Shown one piece after another: positions 21,206-33,554 of a DNA stretch of 64,000 nucleotides. The DNA comes from Rhizodiscina lignyota (taxonomy: Eukaryota): positions 1,116,001-1,180,000 of the forward strand of contig ML978127.1 of assembly GCA_010015805.1 (NCBI GenBank), read 5' to 3'. Every line of letters begins with the position of its first letter. Position 1 is the first letter of the stretch. The translations under genes and the position numbers were made by a program. The notes under the pieces were generated by a model. The model was not told the DNA's origin. It worked only from the letters and a program-made list of their open reading frames with translations, and made no database searches.

Positions 21206-21981
21206 TCAAATGCTCAAAGCCATGATTGAATTGACAATATCATTGTCATTCTCCTTCAGCGCCTTGACCGCCTTCTTCCTGCTGACACTGGCCTGTTGCA
21301 TCACGAGCTCGATGTCCTTCTCCTCCAGGCCAGTTTCGTCCACAGGCTCGCCATCATCCTCTTCTTCCTCCTCGGCCTTCTTCTCACCCTCAATGGCCTT
21401 GCCTTTGTCGCCTGAATGGTCGTGGCTGGCGGCTTCGGCGGCTTCCTGGCTGGCAAGCTGTGCGGCGGCGGAGGCCTGAGCCTGGGAGTTGAGGTCCTCA
21501 ATCTTGGCCTCGCCGAAGATGCTGTGTTGATGATGTTAGTGTCTGACGGATGCTTTTTCAAGCGTGCGAGGAGGAAGTGCTTACATCCAGGTGTTGCTGG
21601 AAGGCGACTTATAGACATCAGGCTGGTTGATGACGAACAAGATCTGTTCCGAATAGAGGTCAGGCATTTGCAGAACATAACGGACAAGCTAGAACGGGTT
21701 ATACAGTTCTACAGTTGTTTTCAGGTTTCAAAACTCACATTCTTTGGCCTTCGGAGTGTGACCCTCGTGATACCCTCGACGTGCTTCAGGCCCAGCTTCG
21801 CAATGGCCTTCCTCGCCTTCTTCTCGTTGCGCGAGTGCACCGCGACGCTGGCACCCGCGGGGATGGTAGCATCGCCGGCCTCCTCGACGTCGCTGTCAGA
21901 GCTGTCGTCTTCTGCGTCTTCTACTTCAGCATTCTTCTTCTCTGGCTCATCGGGGAGCTCCTCAATGCGTGGGTTCGCCAT
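21206..21981 (-). CDS. EGD2: Nascent polypeptide-associated complex alpha subunit
   Basis: Exons 21981-21739, 21643-21585, 21521-21206. [52 protein letters not shown], and a UBA-like end [11 protein letters not shown]. Confidence 0.96.
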
Positions 21982-22502
21982 TGTCAAGAGGTTTTGAGTG
22001 AGGTTAGAGCTCGAGTGATGTTTTTGTGCGAATGTTTCAATGCGCGGATATACAGCAGCATTGCCGGAGAAATGTTGTTCCTTTCCGGACAATTTTGGTC
22101 CATGGAAGTGAGCACTGGAAAGACGGTATTTGCGGACAGAGGATGAATTAATTTAATCAGATTGATCTTGCAGCAGAACTATCTATAAGGGAGAGTGCCG
22201 AAACAATATTTCGCGTCTCTCAATCGCGGTGTCGCTATGGTGAAATCAAGTTTTATCGCTAGCAGGCATTGTGGGTGAACACTCTGGTTATTGGGACGTT
22301 CATAGCTGTATCAGAAGCATTTTGACCAGACGACGTATTGTCGTCGGAGTATTTGTCCTATTCTTGGGGTTTACAGAACAGCCTGGCCTTGCTGAAAATG
22401 CATGCATGTACGCCAGAAGCAGTGGAATACCATGAAAGAGTAGCCCCCACTCCGCATCGCGCTCCAGTCTCTCCAACATCCATGAAGTCGGTGTATGTTG
22501 TT

Positions 22503-23084
22503 TTATGCAGAAGCCCTAATCTTGGCCAGCGCCTTCTTCTGCTCGAATCGGACCTGTATACCGAGTCAGTTCCCCATCCTTGATGTCGTGCAATCCTATC
22601 CCAGTTGAGTCTTACCTGCTTCTTCAGCCTCATGACCTTGAACCTCTCGAAGTCATTCAGCTTCCTCCTCTTCTCCTTAGTCTGTCTCGACTGTGCCCAT
22701 GAAGTATTCTCAAACTGCTCGTCCACCTTGGACTCCTTCCACTTGCCCTTCAGAGGGCCATTACCAATGGCGCGAGGGAGCTTAGGGATGACGATCGCGG
22801 AGAGGGAGATAGACGAAAGAGGAGCAGCGTGACGTGGGACAATTTTGGCCGGGTCTTCAGAAGGGCCATCGACGAGGACCTGGATTCAGTGAGTTAGGAT
22901 GTCCAAGGTCGGAGAGAGCAACTTGAAGATGCTGTTGTGCGATAGAAGTTCCACATACGCGCTTGTGATCGATGATCTCGACGATTGCTGCCAGTCTGCC
23001 GGTATATGGGCCTGATGCGAAGAGTGCAACTCGGCCGACTTCGACAAACCGCCACGAGCTCGCTGATACGTCGGCGTCACCCAT
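22503..23084 (-). CDS. RPL14: 60S ribosomal protein L14 (eL14)
   Basis: Exons 23084-22959, 22879-22616, 22553-22503, plus a probable 5'-UTR intron 23141-23086. [41 protein letters not shown]. Confidence 0.96.
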
Positions 23085-23979
23085 CCTGAATTATCTGACT
23101 CTGTGAGTGACTGTAATGTAGTTGCGCCGGTCTCAACGTACTGAAAGAAGGGTGGAGGTTGTGTAGAGAGTTGAATGTTGGAATGCAGCTCTTGGACTTT
23201 GCGATGGTTGTGGTCGACTTCGCTTATTTTCTGTGTGGGCTTGGCATTGGGGCTCGTGCGCAAGCCCAGTCGGAGAACTCCAAAACTTTTCTGCTTCCGT
23301 GCTTCGTCTTCCGACATTCCAACTTCATATCATCAACCATCTTTACACTTTCAAAGAAGTGTGTCGACTTGCCATTCATGTAAGTTCAATTCTACTCGCT
23401 TGCCGCATCTCATGACGACATAATTTGCGATTGAATCCTGCGACCGGAGGCTCTCGCCTGGGCCTCGCAACGGCGCTGGATTTATGATATTCACCTTCTT
23501 ACATATTCTGATCCCAATTACGACTTTGTCATTAGCATGATACTCTCTCATCACTAAGGTCCATGCTGATTATGAACAGATGTAGGTATAAGGTCTGTTC
23601 GATGCAGAACGCTATTCGGCTCAGTTAAGATTTGGGGAAACGGCAATGTAAGGTACGTAAGGTTTTCATGTCTCCACTTTCATCCCCTATGATTACAACC
23701 CTATGCACTAGATAGTAAATGACTCCCTTTGGGAGATGATTTTACCAATACACCAAGATCACTGAGGAACTTTTCGAATCCCCGAGTTTTAGCATATCGA
23801 TTGTCTTTGGCCGCTTACTGATAAATGTAATAGCTAGATCACTCTGCCAAAGCCTTGCCTTGGTCTCGGGATATCGGGACAATTCTATTAGCTCTATAAT
23901 CGAAAACCGAACGCACGCTATGCTAGCTTTTCCAATACACAAATTGCCAACGACCATCTGTCCATCCTGTCCCTCTACA

Positions 23980-25425
23980 TCATGCGTCGTAAAGAAACTC
24001 GTCCAAGACAGTCCCTCGAACTTCCGCGCGCCGCATCTTTCCCAAACTCGTCAACTCCGACATCTCTGGACTGTCTTGCTTCCTATGAGTCAGCTCAACC
24101 AAGAAATTGTCAAACGAGTTTCGGAGTGAGAAATATGGATCCGCAGGTTCGCGGTTTTGGAGCCATTGAAGTTCCTTGCGAAGCCACCGCGCGGGACTTA
24201 AACATTGCTCGGCCCTCAAGTTCCAACTCTGATCGTGGTATTCGTCGTTCTCCCTCTTCTCCTCCTCTTCAATCCATTTCCAGACGAACGGATCGAGTAG
24301 ATCTAACTTTGAGTCCGCGCCAGCCTCATGAGCGCTGAATAGTAAATTTTGAGTGATGTTGAAACTGAAAGGCTTCAATGACAGTGATGAACGTAGTATT
24401 TCTGTTGTGACATCGACGCGAGCTTGAACGGCGAAGAAGAACACGATCGGCTCTCGTCGCAATTTCACTGCGTCGTGCAGCCTGCCGGATGGAATTGGCA
24501 TCAACATGACGTCGACCGGGCCTGCCGTGAGGGCCCGACCCGCTCCTGACCGTATCAACCAGCGGAGCAGCATCTCGATGTCCCATGGCCAAGGTGGCAC
24601 CAAGGTCTTGCCTGGCAGTGAAACGCCCTTCTTGACTCGAAACCATGGTAGAGTGTACCATTTCTCGACATTGTGAAACTGGTATTCCGGGGGTTTGGCG
24701 TCCACACCACGGACCACGTTTTCAATAGCCGTGTGAACCCACCGTTTTTCTTTCCGGAGCAGCTCGTCTTCACGTAGGCCTAGTGTACCGTTGACCCATA
24801 GAACTTCTTTTTGGAAAACTGGATGAGCTCTGCGAGTGAGGTCGAGGAAGAATGGCCACGTGAAGAACCGGGAGGCAAGCAGTCTGGTCTGCACTGCCGG
24901 CTGTCTGAACTCATCCCATCGTTCGACTGGTGACGCTTTGAGCAGTCGTTCACGCTCTTCACTGAACGCCTCATAGACCTTCTCATCTGCTTCTTCTTCG
25001 CCCAGTGGTGACTCCAGCCTCGAATTGAGCACGCGTTCTCCGACCCACATCCATTTGTCTCGGAAGTGACCCAGCGGCTTGTAAAAAGCTCTGAAGCAAA
25101 ACTCTAAGCATATGTGTTTCGAAGAAAGCACCTTTACTAAATGGAGAGAGACTTCTGGAAGCGAAGGATTGACGCTCTCGAGGAAGATTGACTGCAACAG
25201 TTCCGTAGGGAGTTGCTCAAATCTTGATAATTTTGATTTTTTGCGTGCTCGCTTCTCTGGACCTGATGCCCAACTCGCGGACCGAGGTTGACGTCTCTTC
25301 ATATCATCCGAACTTGAAGTTGAAGTAGGTGTGTCGTCTCTCAGCATAGTTGGTAGTGGCTTTTGTTGGCCTTTGAACGTCCGATTCCCACGCCTCCCAC
25401 GCACTTTTATCGGCGTTAGATCCAT
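23980..25425 (-). CDS. Hypothetical protein with basic N-terminus and F-box-like motif
   Basis: 481-aa ORF. LSRFEQLPTELLQSIFLES resembles an F-box start; KRARKK is NLS-like. Remainder not recognised. Confidence 0.65.
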   Translation of the reverse strand: MDLTPIKVRGRRGNRTFKGQQKPLPTMLRDDTPTSTSSSDDMKRRQPRSASWASGPEKRARKKSKLSRFEQLPTELLQSIFLESVNPSLPEVSLHLVKVLSSKHICLEFCFRAFYKPLGHFRDKWMWVGERVLNSRLESPLGEEEADEKVYEAFSEERERLLKASPVERWDEFRQPAVQTRLLASRFFTWPFFLDLTRRAHPVFQKEVLWVNGTLGLREDELLRKEKRWVHTAIENVVRGVDAKPPEYQFHNVEKWYTLPWFRVKKGVSLPGKTLVPPWPWDIEMLLRWLIRSGAGRALTAGPVDVMLMPIPSGRLHDAVKLRREPIVFFFAVQARVDVTTEILRSSLSLKPFSFNITQNLLFSAHEAGADSKLDLLDPFVWKWIEEEEKRENDEYHDQSWNLRAEQCLSPARWLRKELQWLQNREPADPYFSLRNSFDNFLVELTHRKQDSPEMSELTSLGKMRRAEVRGTVLDEFLYDA

Positions 25426-25824
25426 CTCGCTTACGGAGTACTGTATGCGACTTTTGCAGTGTTCAGATACACCAACTCGCGCCGGATGAAAGGCTGAGGC
25501 GATAAGACGTTTTCCCAGTGGTTGGAAGGCGATTCATTCGGTAACCGTTGCTCATTCTGGGTTTCGAAGCTTGTGGAGGGAAGGGTGAAATTTGATGGAT
25601 CAACAACGTTTATTCTGAGGATGAAATCTCAAAGAGCTATTCCGTTCCTGGTTAAATGCCGCGTTATGATTGGACACAGTTACGCCATGGCACAGCGCTA
25701 GTGCAGAACTGCATGGTAACAAAAACATTATTCGAGGTGCATGAAAACCGAACATCCTCCTCCTGCAAAAAACTCACAATTGTGGCAACTTCCAATTTGA
25801 GTTCACTCTCTTTCCACGCTCGTG

Positions 25825-26895
25825 ATGACATCAGCCTCTCCAATGCCTCTATCCTTTTCTCGTGAGATTTTTGCTACCGTCTCGCCAGCACCGTACCTCC
25901 TCGCCAATCTCACCAACGTCGAGGGCGAAGAGTATCCCCGAAGGACAAACAGCCGCCAGACAGACGAATTTCGTCTTCCGATTATCAATGTAAATTCTCT
26001 ACAGCATTGCTTTGGCAGCGCGGTTGTGCGAACGGGCGATACAGCAGTTGTATGCGGTGTTCGGGGAGAGATTTTACACTCGAGCGATATTGCAAATCCA
26101 CCAAACGTGCCTGCAACATCTCTGCATCCACAGTCTGGCACGGCAGGATCTGATACGGCTTCGCCTGCCCAAGATATTTACGAGATCCCAGCACTTAATT
26201 TGCTTGTGCCAAACATCGAATTGGCGACAGGAAGCTCGCCAGCATACCTACCAGGCAATCCCCCAACAGCTTTGGCCCAGACGCTATCTCAACGAATGCT
26301 GTCGCTACTCCACAGCACGCGCCTTGTGGATGTGAATGACCTCAGGATACTCTACCAACCTCCAGCGACGCCAGAAGACGAAGAAACACCTGATGTTTCA
26401 CCAGCTGTAGAGATCAAGGCATATTGGACTCTATACATCGATATTCTCTTCATGTCTCTTGATGGCAATCCATTTGACGCCGCTTGGGGTGCATTACTGG
26501 CCGCTCTGAAGAACACAAAGCTGCCACGCGCCTGGTGGGACCCAGATTTGGAGATGATTGTTTGCTCCGATGCGATCAGCGACGCGCGAGGCCTTAATCT
26601 CCATGGCGTACCCGTGTCTGTGTCCTTTGCTGTTTTTGACACGAAAAGGCACAAGGGCATGGGGGAGAAGGATATGGCATGGGTCCTGGCTGACCCTGAT
26701 ACTTTCGAAGAAGGGCTCTGTGAAGAGACAGTCACGATTGTCGTGGATGGCCTTAGCTCAAATGGGATGCAGCTTCGCAGAATCGAAAAGAGCGGAGGAA
26801 CGATTGTTGGGAAGGATATAATGAGGAGCATTGTTGGCAGGGCGGCGAAGAGGTGGGAAGAATGGCATAGTGTGATTGGACAGGCGGGAGGTTGA
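25825..26895 (+). CDS. RRP43: Exosome core RNase PH-like subunit Rrp43
   Basis: Single exon. GSAVVRTGDTAVVCGVRGE, LLVPNIELATG, YWTLYIDILFMSLDGNPFDAAW, VLADPDTFEE, IEKSGG. First ATG is at 25825; the ORF track starts at a GTG. Confidence 0.9.
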   Translation: MTSASPMPLSFSREIFATVSPAPYLLANLTNVEGEEYPRRTNSRQTDEFRLPIINVNSLQHCFGSAVVRTGDTAVVCGVRGEILHSSDIANPPNVPATSLHPQSGTAGSDTASPAQDIYEIPALNLLVPNIELATGSSPAYLPGNPPTALAQTLSQRMLSLLHSTRLVDVNDLRILYQPPATPEDEETPDVSPAVEIKAYWTLYIDILFMSLDGNPFDAAWGALLAALKNTKLPRAWWDPDLEMIVCSDAISDARGLNLHGVPVSVSFAVFDTKRHKGMGEKDMAWVLADPDTFEEGLCEETVTIVVDGLSSNGMQLRRIEKSGGTIVGKDIMRSIVGRAAKRWEEWHSVIGQAGG

Positions 26896-27744
26896 AGATC
26901 TCATCGTAAAGCTTGACTAAATCAGATTTTTTTCAGGAAGATTAGGAAAGGCAGTCTCACGTTACGGAGATACAGAAACAGGCATGAGCGAATTCTGTAC
27001 ACAAGCCCTTGATGAGTAGGGAACTGGCCGAATACTTCGCGAGGATGTCATTTCTGACGACTATTATGCGATGTCTTAATAGAATTAGAATCATCTCTAG
27101 ATAACGGGCAGGTTGTTGGTTGCAGAATTGGTCTTGTGGAGATGAGTTCTCTCGGCCAAACCAGGGCAGGTCAGCATCAATCGCCGAATTGAACGTTTCA
27201 CAAGTCACAACATCACGCAAAGATATTCAAACACGGAGATGGTGCCAATGGCTTTTTGTTTTTGGTTATGATACTGGTTATAATGTACATGCACGCATCA
27301 AAGGAAAATTCATCGAGGTTCTTGGAAAGGGAATGACTGTCTGCGCGCAACAAGGCGTTGTTCCCATGAAACGAGTCCATGAGTCCAAGCGCAATGTTAA
27401 CGTTGGCAGTGCTATCCTTCCATGGAAGTGCTAAGACATATTGATCGCATCATTTTAAAATCATTCCCCATCATAATCGTAGCATGCCTGAAGACAGCTT
27501 TCAAGTCAGATGACGAGAGTGGCATAGGGCTGCAGGTGCTTTGAGAGAAAAGTGAAAGACAAAAGCAGCAGTCCTTTTGGTGTCTCATCGTTGAAAAAGA
27601 AAAGAAACAAGTTTTGGAAGCAGAAGAAAATCAAAGGCATTCGTAACGATCGTGCATCACCCTTTTTTTTGTTGGTTTTTTTCCTTTTCGGTTGTGCCTC
27701 AGCGCGGCACTCGACAGAATCGTTTGGCAGTGTTGTGTTTCTTA

Positions 27745-29498
27745 TCAGAAGTTGCCCATCAGAATGACATTCTTCTGAGCGGCTGAGAAGAGAGGGAAAT
27801 CGTACGCGGTCTGATTGAAGCGCTTGAGGAGACGGAAGTTCAGCAAGTGGCGCAGCTGAAACGGGAGATGACGCTCAGCGAACTTCGGATCATCCACATA
27901 GTGATTCAGGACAACAATCATGGCGCACACAGTGGTGAACAGGCGCTCGATGAACTCGGTGAAGCTCCATCCCTTGAGATTGCCGTAGGCGGCAGGGTCC
28001 TTTGGAAGCTTCAAGAGCGTGGTGATCATGAAGTCGTAGACGCGCTGTGGGCACTCGTCGGCGTGCTTGGACTTGCGCGGGTGCTCAGCCCACTCTCGAG
28101 CGTTGTAGAGGTCCTCGTTGGTGACGTATCCGATGAAGGGGTTTGGGATGCTCGAAATGACCGGCTTGTCGAGGAGCCAGCGGAACTGGAGAGCATGGTT
28201 GCGGGCGGGACGAGGGAAGATCGCCTTCATGAACTGGTCGCGAGAACAGAGCGCAGTGGTGATCTTGCGCGAGGCTCCAGTGCTGCCGACCTTCAGACCA
28301 CGCTTGGGAACGTCGCGGATGACCCTCTGTGCAGCCTCGAGGCTCAGCATCTCGACATACACCTCGTGCGTCTTGGAGTCAACGCGGTCCTGGATGATGT
28401 GAATGCCTGGATTGTCCAAGCCGTAGTTGACGACGCCTTCACGCTCGCCGAGCTTGAGGTGAGTGAGGATCTCATTGATGCTGACATTGAAAGGAGCGTC
28501 CTTGATGCAGATGATGGCGAACTCGTCACCGCGTGCGAGGATGTCGAAGGTGCCGGGCATCTGGCCAGGAGGCTTAGGGAGTGCCGCATGACTGGTCAGA
28601 GCCGCCGCACCCAGTGGCGGCGTGGAGAGCTTGAAGGCAGGAGCGAAGTCAGGAGCCGTGGCAGACAACGTACGACGATGAGCCGGACGGTGAGTGGGAG
28701 TCGCGGCGCCAGATGAGGAGTCATTCTTCCAAGTCAGGGTCGGGGAGGAGTGACCCGATGTAGCCGTCTCGACAAGGCTATCAGCGCGTGAGAGGAGATC
28801 GAGCTTGCCTGGCGACGTCGTGTCGCGTGGGTCGGAGGAGTTTGTGAACGTTGTGGACAGCGGAGAGAACTCGGTATGATCGCGCGCGGTGTAGGTTCTC
28901 TTGTGGTGTTCATCGACAGGTGGAGCGGATGGGAAGGACGAAGGAATGTTGGATGAAGGAACGTTCGACGAAGCAAGGAACTTCTCGGCCCACATGCCAT
29001 ACGCGCAATTGGCGGCCATCCTCTTCTGCTGTTCGGAGTACTCGGTCATAGGCCTTAGAGGGAGATCGCGAATGTTCGCCGGGGGATTGGCCTCGTTGGA
29101 TGCAACCCAGTCAAGATAGCGAAGACAGTTGAAGAACTCATGCGGAGGAGGAACTCCTCCTTGATGCCAGTGACCGGTGGTATCGTCCAAGAATTCCCAA
29201 GCCATGCAGTCCATTACATAACCTGGGTCGTCCATGCCATCGGCGAAGATGCTGCCGTGATGGTCGTAGAGGAAGACATCCTTCACAATTGTTCCTTGTT
29301 CAGACATTTCGTACCTGTTGAAGCTGTGCTTTAGTGAGACCGTAAATGTATCGTGTCAGGACTGTGGATGTCATGGGTCGAGATCGGTTCTCAACTTCGA
29401 GTGAAGTTGACATCACCAACACCTATTCTTGTTGATTCTTGTTGAAGGATTTTAACTCACAGAGGGGATAACTTCGACACAGGGGAAAAGGGCGCCAT
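27745..29498 (-). CDS. Divergent RRM (quasi-RRM/hnRNP F-H-like) RNA-binding protein
   Basis: Probable exon 1 29498-29461 (MAPFSPVSKLSPL) and intron 29460-29315 join in frame to the 520-aa ORF. IICIKDAPFNVSINEI...GIHIIQDRVDSKTHEVYVEM...FMKAIFPR...CPQRVYDFMITTL resembles a fungal RRM family. Strong C-ending codon bias. Confidence 0.7.
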
Positions 29499-29704
29499 TG
29501 CAACGAAACTTTTGAGCGTGCGTTGTTGAGGTTCGCGTTGCAATTCGAGATGTTGTAGAAGAAAGGAAGTTGTTTGAGGGAGGAGCAGCTTTTGAAGTAA
29601 ACGAACGCCAATCAAGTGGCCCAAGCTTTCGTGGCTTTTGGTTAAGCTGGTGTTAGGCATTTAGGCATCCGCAGAGCAGACTGTTGTGAAGAGTGAAGGG
29701 GAGG

Positions 29705-29739
29705 CGGGGTGTTGCAAATCTTGTCAAAGCAACACCCCG
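29705..29739. repeat. Perfect 11-bp inverted repeat upstream of the RRM gene
   Basis: CGGGGTGTTGC (29705-29715), 13-nt spacer, GCAACACCCCG (29729-29739). Confidence 0.85.
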
Positions 29740-30268
29740 TTGTTTAACTCGATGAACAACTTTGTCAACGGTCATACAGTGCCAGGAGCACCAGTTTGAC
29801 TTCAAAAGCTCTTCCACAAAGGAGATGACATTCTCATGTGCAGAATCGAAAGTATAGGAGTTGAGGTGGCGAATGAAAGGATGTTTGGCTTGAGCTTTTC
29901 GAACGCCACGTAGTGAAGCGCACGGGAACGTGTGAAGTAAGGAGAGGGATGAAGAGGGGCCAAAAGCAGCTCTTTTACAGTCATTCTTATTCCATGGTCA
30001 TCACTATATCACCGAGAGGGTGGCAATTTGGTGTCAACGAGCCGGGGCTGATACAGACATGGGCTTGAGATATCTCTTGTTGGAGCTCCTGCTTTGCTAC
30101 TACTCGCGCCCTTCATTCCTCCCTTCGAATCAATCCAAGGCCTACTTCGCCACTTTTCTACAGATGTGATTCGACTGAACCGATGAAGTGACGCCCGTAC
30201 CTTATTGCAGCCCAAGAGCAGAGCAATGCATGCGCCCTTTCCGTACCCACAAAGTGCAACGCTTTTAT

Positions 30269-30976
30269 TCAGTCGAACTATAACAGCAGTTAGATAAGCC
30301 AATAAGATGGACAAGGTGTCCCATACAGGAGTTAAGAATGATTCTGCAACAAATCGAGCTCGGGCATTCAACTACTGTAGTCAGTAACGCACGTTCAGGG
30401 TTCTCTAGCGCGGGACTCACGAAAAGCTTCATCTCTGAAATCTCCTTGTCCACTTCTTCCATGAACTGGATGATGAAGTCGACCAGCTTGTGCTTAAGCA
30501 TCTCTTCCGTGTGGAAATTGGTGATTAAGAAGGAAATATCGTAGCCCTGTCGAGTATCAGAGAAGTCACGTGCGAAACTGCCACTCAATACGCACCTTGA
30601 TCGGCTTTCTCCTCAATATGAAGAAAGCTTCCGCTCTTTGCGTCAAGAATCGAGTGAATTTATGTACTAGGATGTTCTCGATTTCGTCGGCTTGTTTGAT
30701 CTTAATGCTGATACGGACGCTGTTGACGCTCGGCTCGATCAGGACCTTTTCATTCTCGTTTCTTGAGACGATTAGAGGATTCAGCAGAACTTCAGGCGAG
30801 CTCATCGCCTCGATTTCTGGGACATTGTGCCGCTCTGACGTCTGAGATGCGAAGTTTGAGAGGGACAGGGCCGCCGTCAGTGAAGACCGCACACATTGGA
30901 GGTACGGCCGCAGAGATTGAGACTATCGGTGTCAGTGAAGTGTCTGACCACAGGCCTGCATTTTGCGCCTCACCAT
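30269..30976 (-). CDS. ARC19: Arp2/3 complex 20-kDa subunit (ARPC4)
   Basis: ATG-only first coding exon (30976-30974), then [12 protein letters not shown]...ERHNVPEIE...[39 protein letters not shown], and a final 9-nt coding exon FD* (30277-30269). Confidence 0.96.
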
Positions 30977-31263
30977 TGTTCAAAATGATTTCCTTAGAGC
31001 AGCACCCACAGCATTCCGATATTACTTGACGCCTGACCGAAATTGAAGTTGACGAATCATTGCGATCCGGGCCGAAGTTTGGCCACACTAACGCCGGGCT
31101 CTCCACCGGCAGTCGTCATTCGCTGCTGGGGCCTGGAACTTTCCAGATCGAAAAGAAAGTAAACATTTGCCTCTCACTCTTCCTCACTCACTCAGCAAAC
31201 ATCTTGGAGAGTGGCTTCAGTTCCGTTGGAAACGCTGAGGCATAGCGACTAGAAACCGAGAAG

Positions 31264-33248
31264 ATGGATCCGATACCAGGTCAGTGCTATTATTTACAGC
31301 TTTCGGGACATTGTGGCTACGAGATCAAAGACGACTTGCTCATGCTTGATATCTTCTTCACATCGCCCTTTATATTCTTCTAAGGCCCTGAGCCTGCGCT
31401 GACACGTAGATTAGTTGTCGTCAAGCATCAAGGAAAGCGCTACGATGTCGAACTTGACCCTACATCGAACGGCGAGACCTTCAAGTTTCAGTTATACTCC
31501 CTGACCGGCGTAGAACCAGAGAGACAGAAGATTCTTGTGAAGGGAGGACAGCTCAAAGATGACACTGACCTTGGGAAGCTCAATGTCAAAGCTGGCCACA
31601 CTTTCATGATGATGGGTACTCCTTCGGCAGAGGGCCTGGCAGCACTGGAGCGGCCAAAGGAGCCTGTCAAGTTCCTGGAGGACATGTCAGAGGCAGAGGC
31701 AGCTCAGAGCGAAGGCGCAATCCCAGCTGGCTTGCAGAATCTTGGGAACACTTGTTACATGAACTCAACCCTACAAGCGTTGCGCGCGATTCCAGAGCTG
31801 CAAGCGGAGCTGGCCACATATACCCCAAGGTAGTATTTTCAAGAGATTTAGCAGTCCATGTGAACTTACATATTTTCAGTACATCCTCTGGTTCAAGTGC
31901 ATTAGGCGGTGCCAGTTCTTCTCTCGGAGATCTCGGTCAGTTCGGCCTGGGCGGTTTAGGATCATCTACCGACCTCACTGCTTCGTTACGAGATCTCTTC
32001 AAGCAGATGTCTGAGACGCAGGAAGGCTTTCCTCCGCTCGTCTTCCTCAACAGCCTCCGACAGGCTTTCCCACAATTTGCGCAGCGGGCGCGTGAGGGAC
32101 AAGGTTACGCGCAACAGGATGCTGAGGAAGCTTGGTCACAAATTGTGTCCCAGCTTCGGCAGAAATTGAAGGTGAAAGAGGAAGTGAAAGAGGAAAGTGA
32201 GACTAAGACTAAGGAAGTATCGTTCGTCGACCACTACATGGCCGGCAAGTTTGAGTCGGTAATGGAATGCGACGATCCTGAAGCAAAGGAGAAGGGCGAG
32301 GAGCCTGTGAAGAGTGAAGAAGTTTTTCTTAAGCTGAACTGCCACATTGGACCCGAGACAAACCATCTCCGAGATGGACTTGTTGCTGGTCTAAAAGAAT
32401 CCATCGAGAAGAACTCTGAGGCTCTCGGACGCAGTACCAATTACACCAAGACCTCCCGCATCGCCCGTCTACCTAAGTACTTGACAGTGCATTTCGTGCG
32501 CTTTGACTGGAAACGAGGCGCCCAGAAGAAGGCAAAGATTATGCGCAAAGTTACCTTCCCTCATGAACTCGACGTTATCGAGTACTGCACCGACGACCTC
32601 AAGAAGATGCTGGTTCCTATTCGAGACAAGATTCGAGATATCAGAAAGGAGGAAGAGGATGTCGAAAGAGCGAAAAAGCGACAAAAGCGCATGAGAGAGG
32701 GCCAGGAGAATGACGTGGAGACTGAGCGGGCTACCAAGGGGAAAGGTCCTGCATCAGAGAAAGAGTCCGCGAAAGACAAGAAGACAACCGCAAATGGGGC
32801 GAAGGCCGATGGAGATACTGAAATGGCAGACGTGGAGTACAAAACTGATGCGCAGATCGAGGCTGAGAGGGCAGAGTCAATCTTGGCTGCAAAGAAAGAG
32901 CTCTTGGGCCTGGTTGATCCCAAGCTTGCTGCTGATGTCGACGCTAACCAGAGCGGTCTCTACGAGCTACGTGGTGTCATTACGCACCAAGGCGCCAGCG
33001 CCGACAGTGGTCACTACACGGCTTACGTCAAGAAGGCTGGCCGGAAGAATCCTCAAACCGGCAAGATGGGCGAGGAGGATGGCAAGTGGTGGTGGTTCAA
33101 TGACGAAAAGGTATCTGAAGTTGATGCAGAGAAGATTGAGATGCTGTCGGGAGGAGGGCAGAGCCATGCAGCGCTAGTACTACTGTATCGTGCCGTGCCT
33201 CTGCCGACTGTTGAAGAGGAGAAGGCGAAAGAGCCAGAGAAGGCATAG
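31264..33248 (+). CDS. UBP6: Proteasome-associated deubiquitinase Ubp6/USP14
   Basis: Exons 31264-31279, 31415-31829, 31880-33248. N-terminal UBL (YSLTGVEPERQKILVKGG), Cys box GLQNLGNTCYMNS, QQDAEE, His box HQGASADSGHY. Confidence 0.96.
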
Positions 33249-33554
33249 AGATACCTTTGATTTTACTGCATTGCGTGCATGGCGTAGCATAGAGGTTTAG
33301 CAGAACATGGCTTGTAGTCGGTTGACGTGACTCCGGCGTCGCTCTTTTAAGAACTCTCCTTCATCGTCAAGTCTCGGCATCCATTACCTTTCAACCTGAC
33401 ATCAAAGGCATCGTTCTTATCATCACATCCTTCATAAATTATTGCACAGAGAAGATAGTACTGTACAACTGTCTTCCTTTTGTGATTTTCAATTGATTCG
33501 TTTCACGCGCTGTGCGCCGCGCGCTTCACTCGACTCCGGCCTCCTCGCGACACG

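Noticed and set aside
27847..28716. 289-aa plus-strand ORF
   Set aside because: Antisense shadow of the codon-biased RRM gene. The same applies to 6816-7535, 6397-6933, 21416-21997 and 40559-41089.
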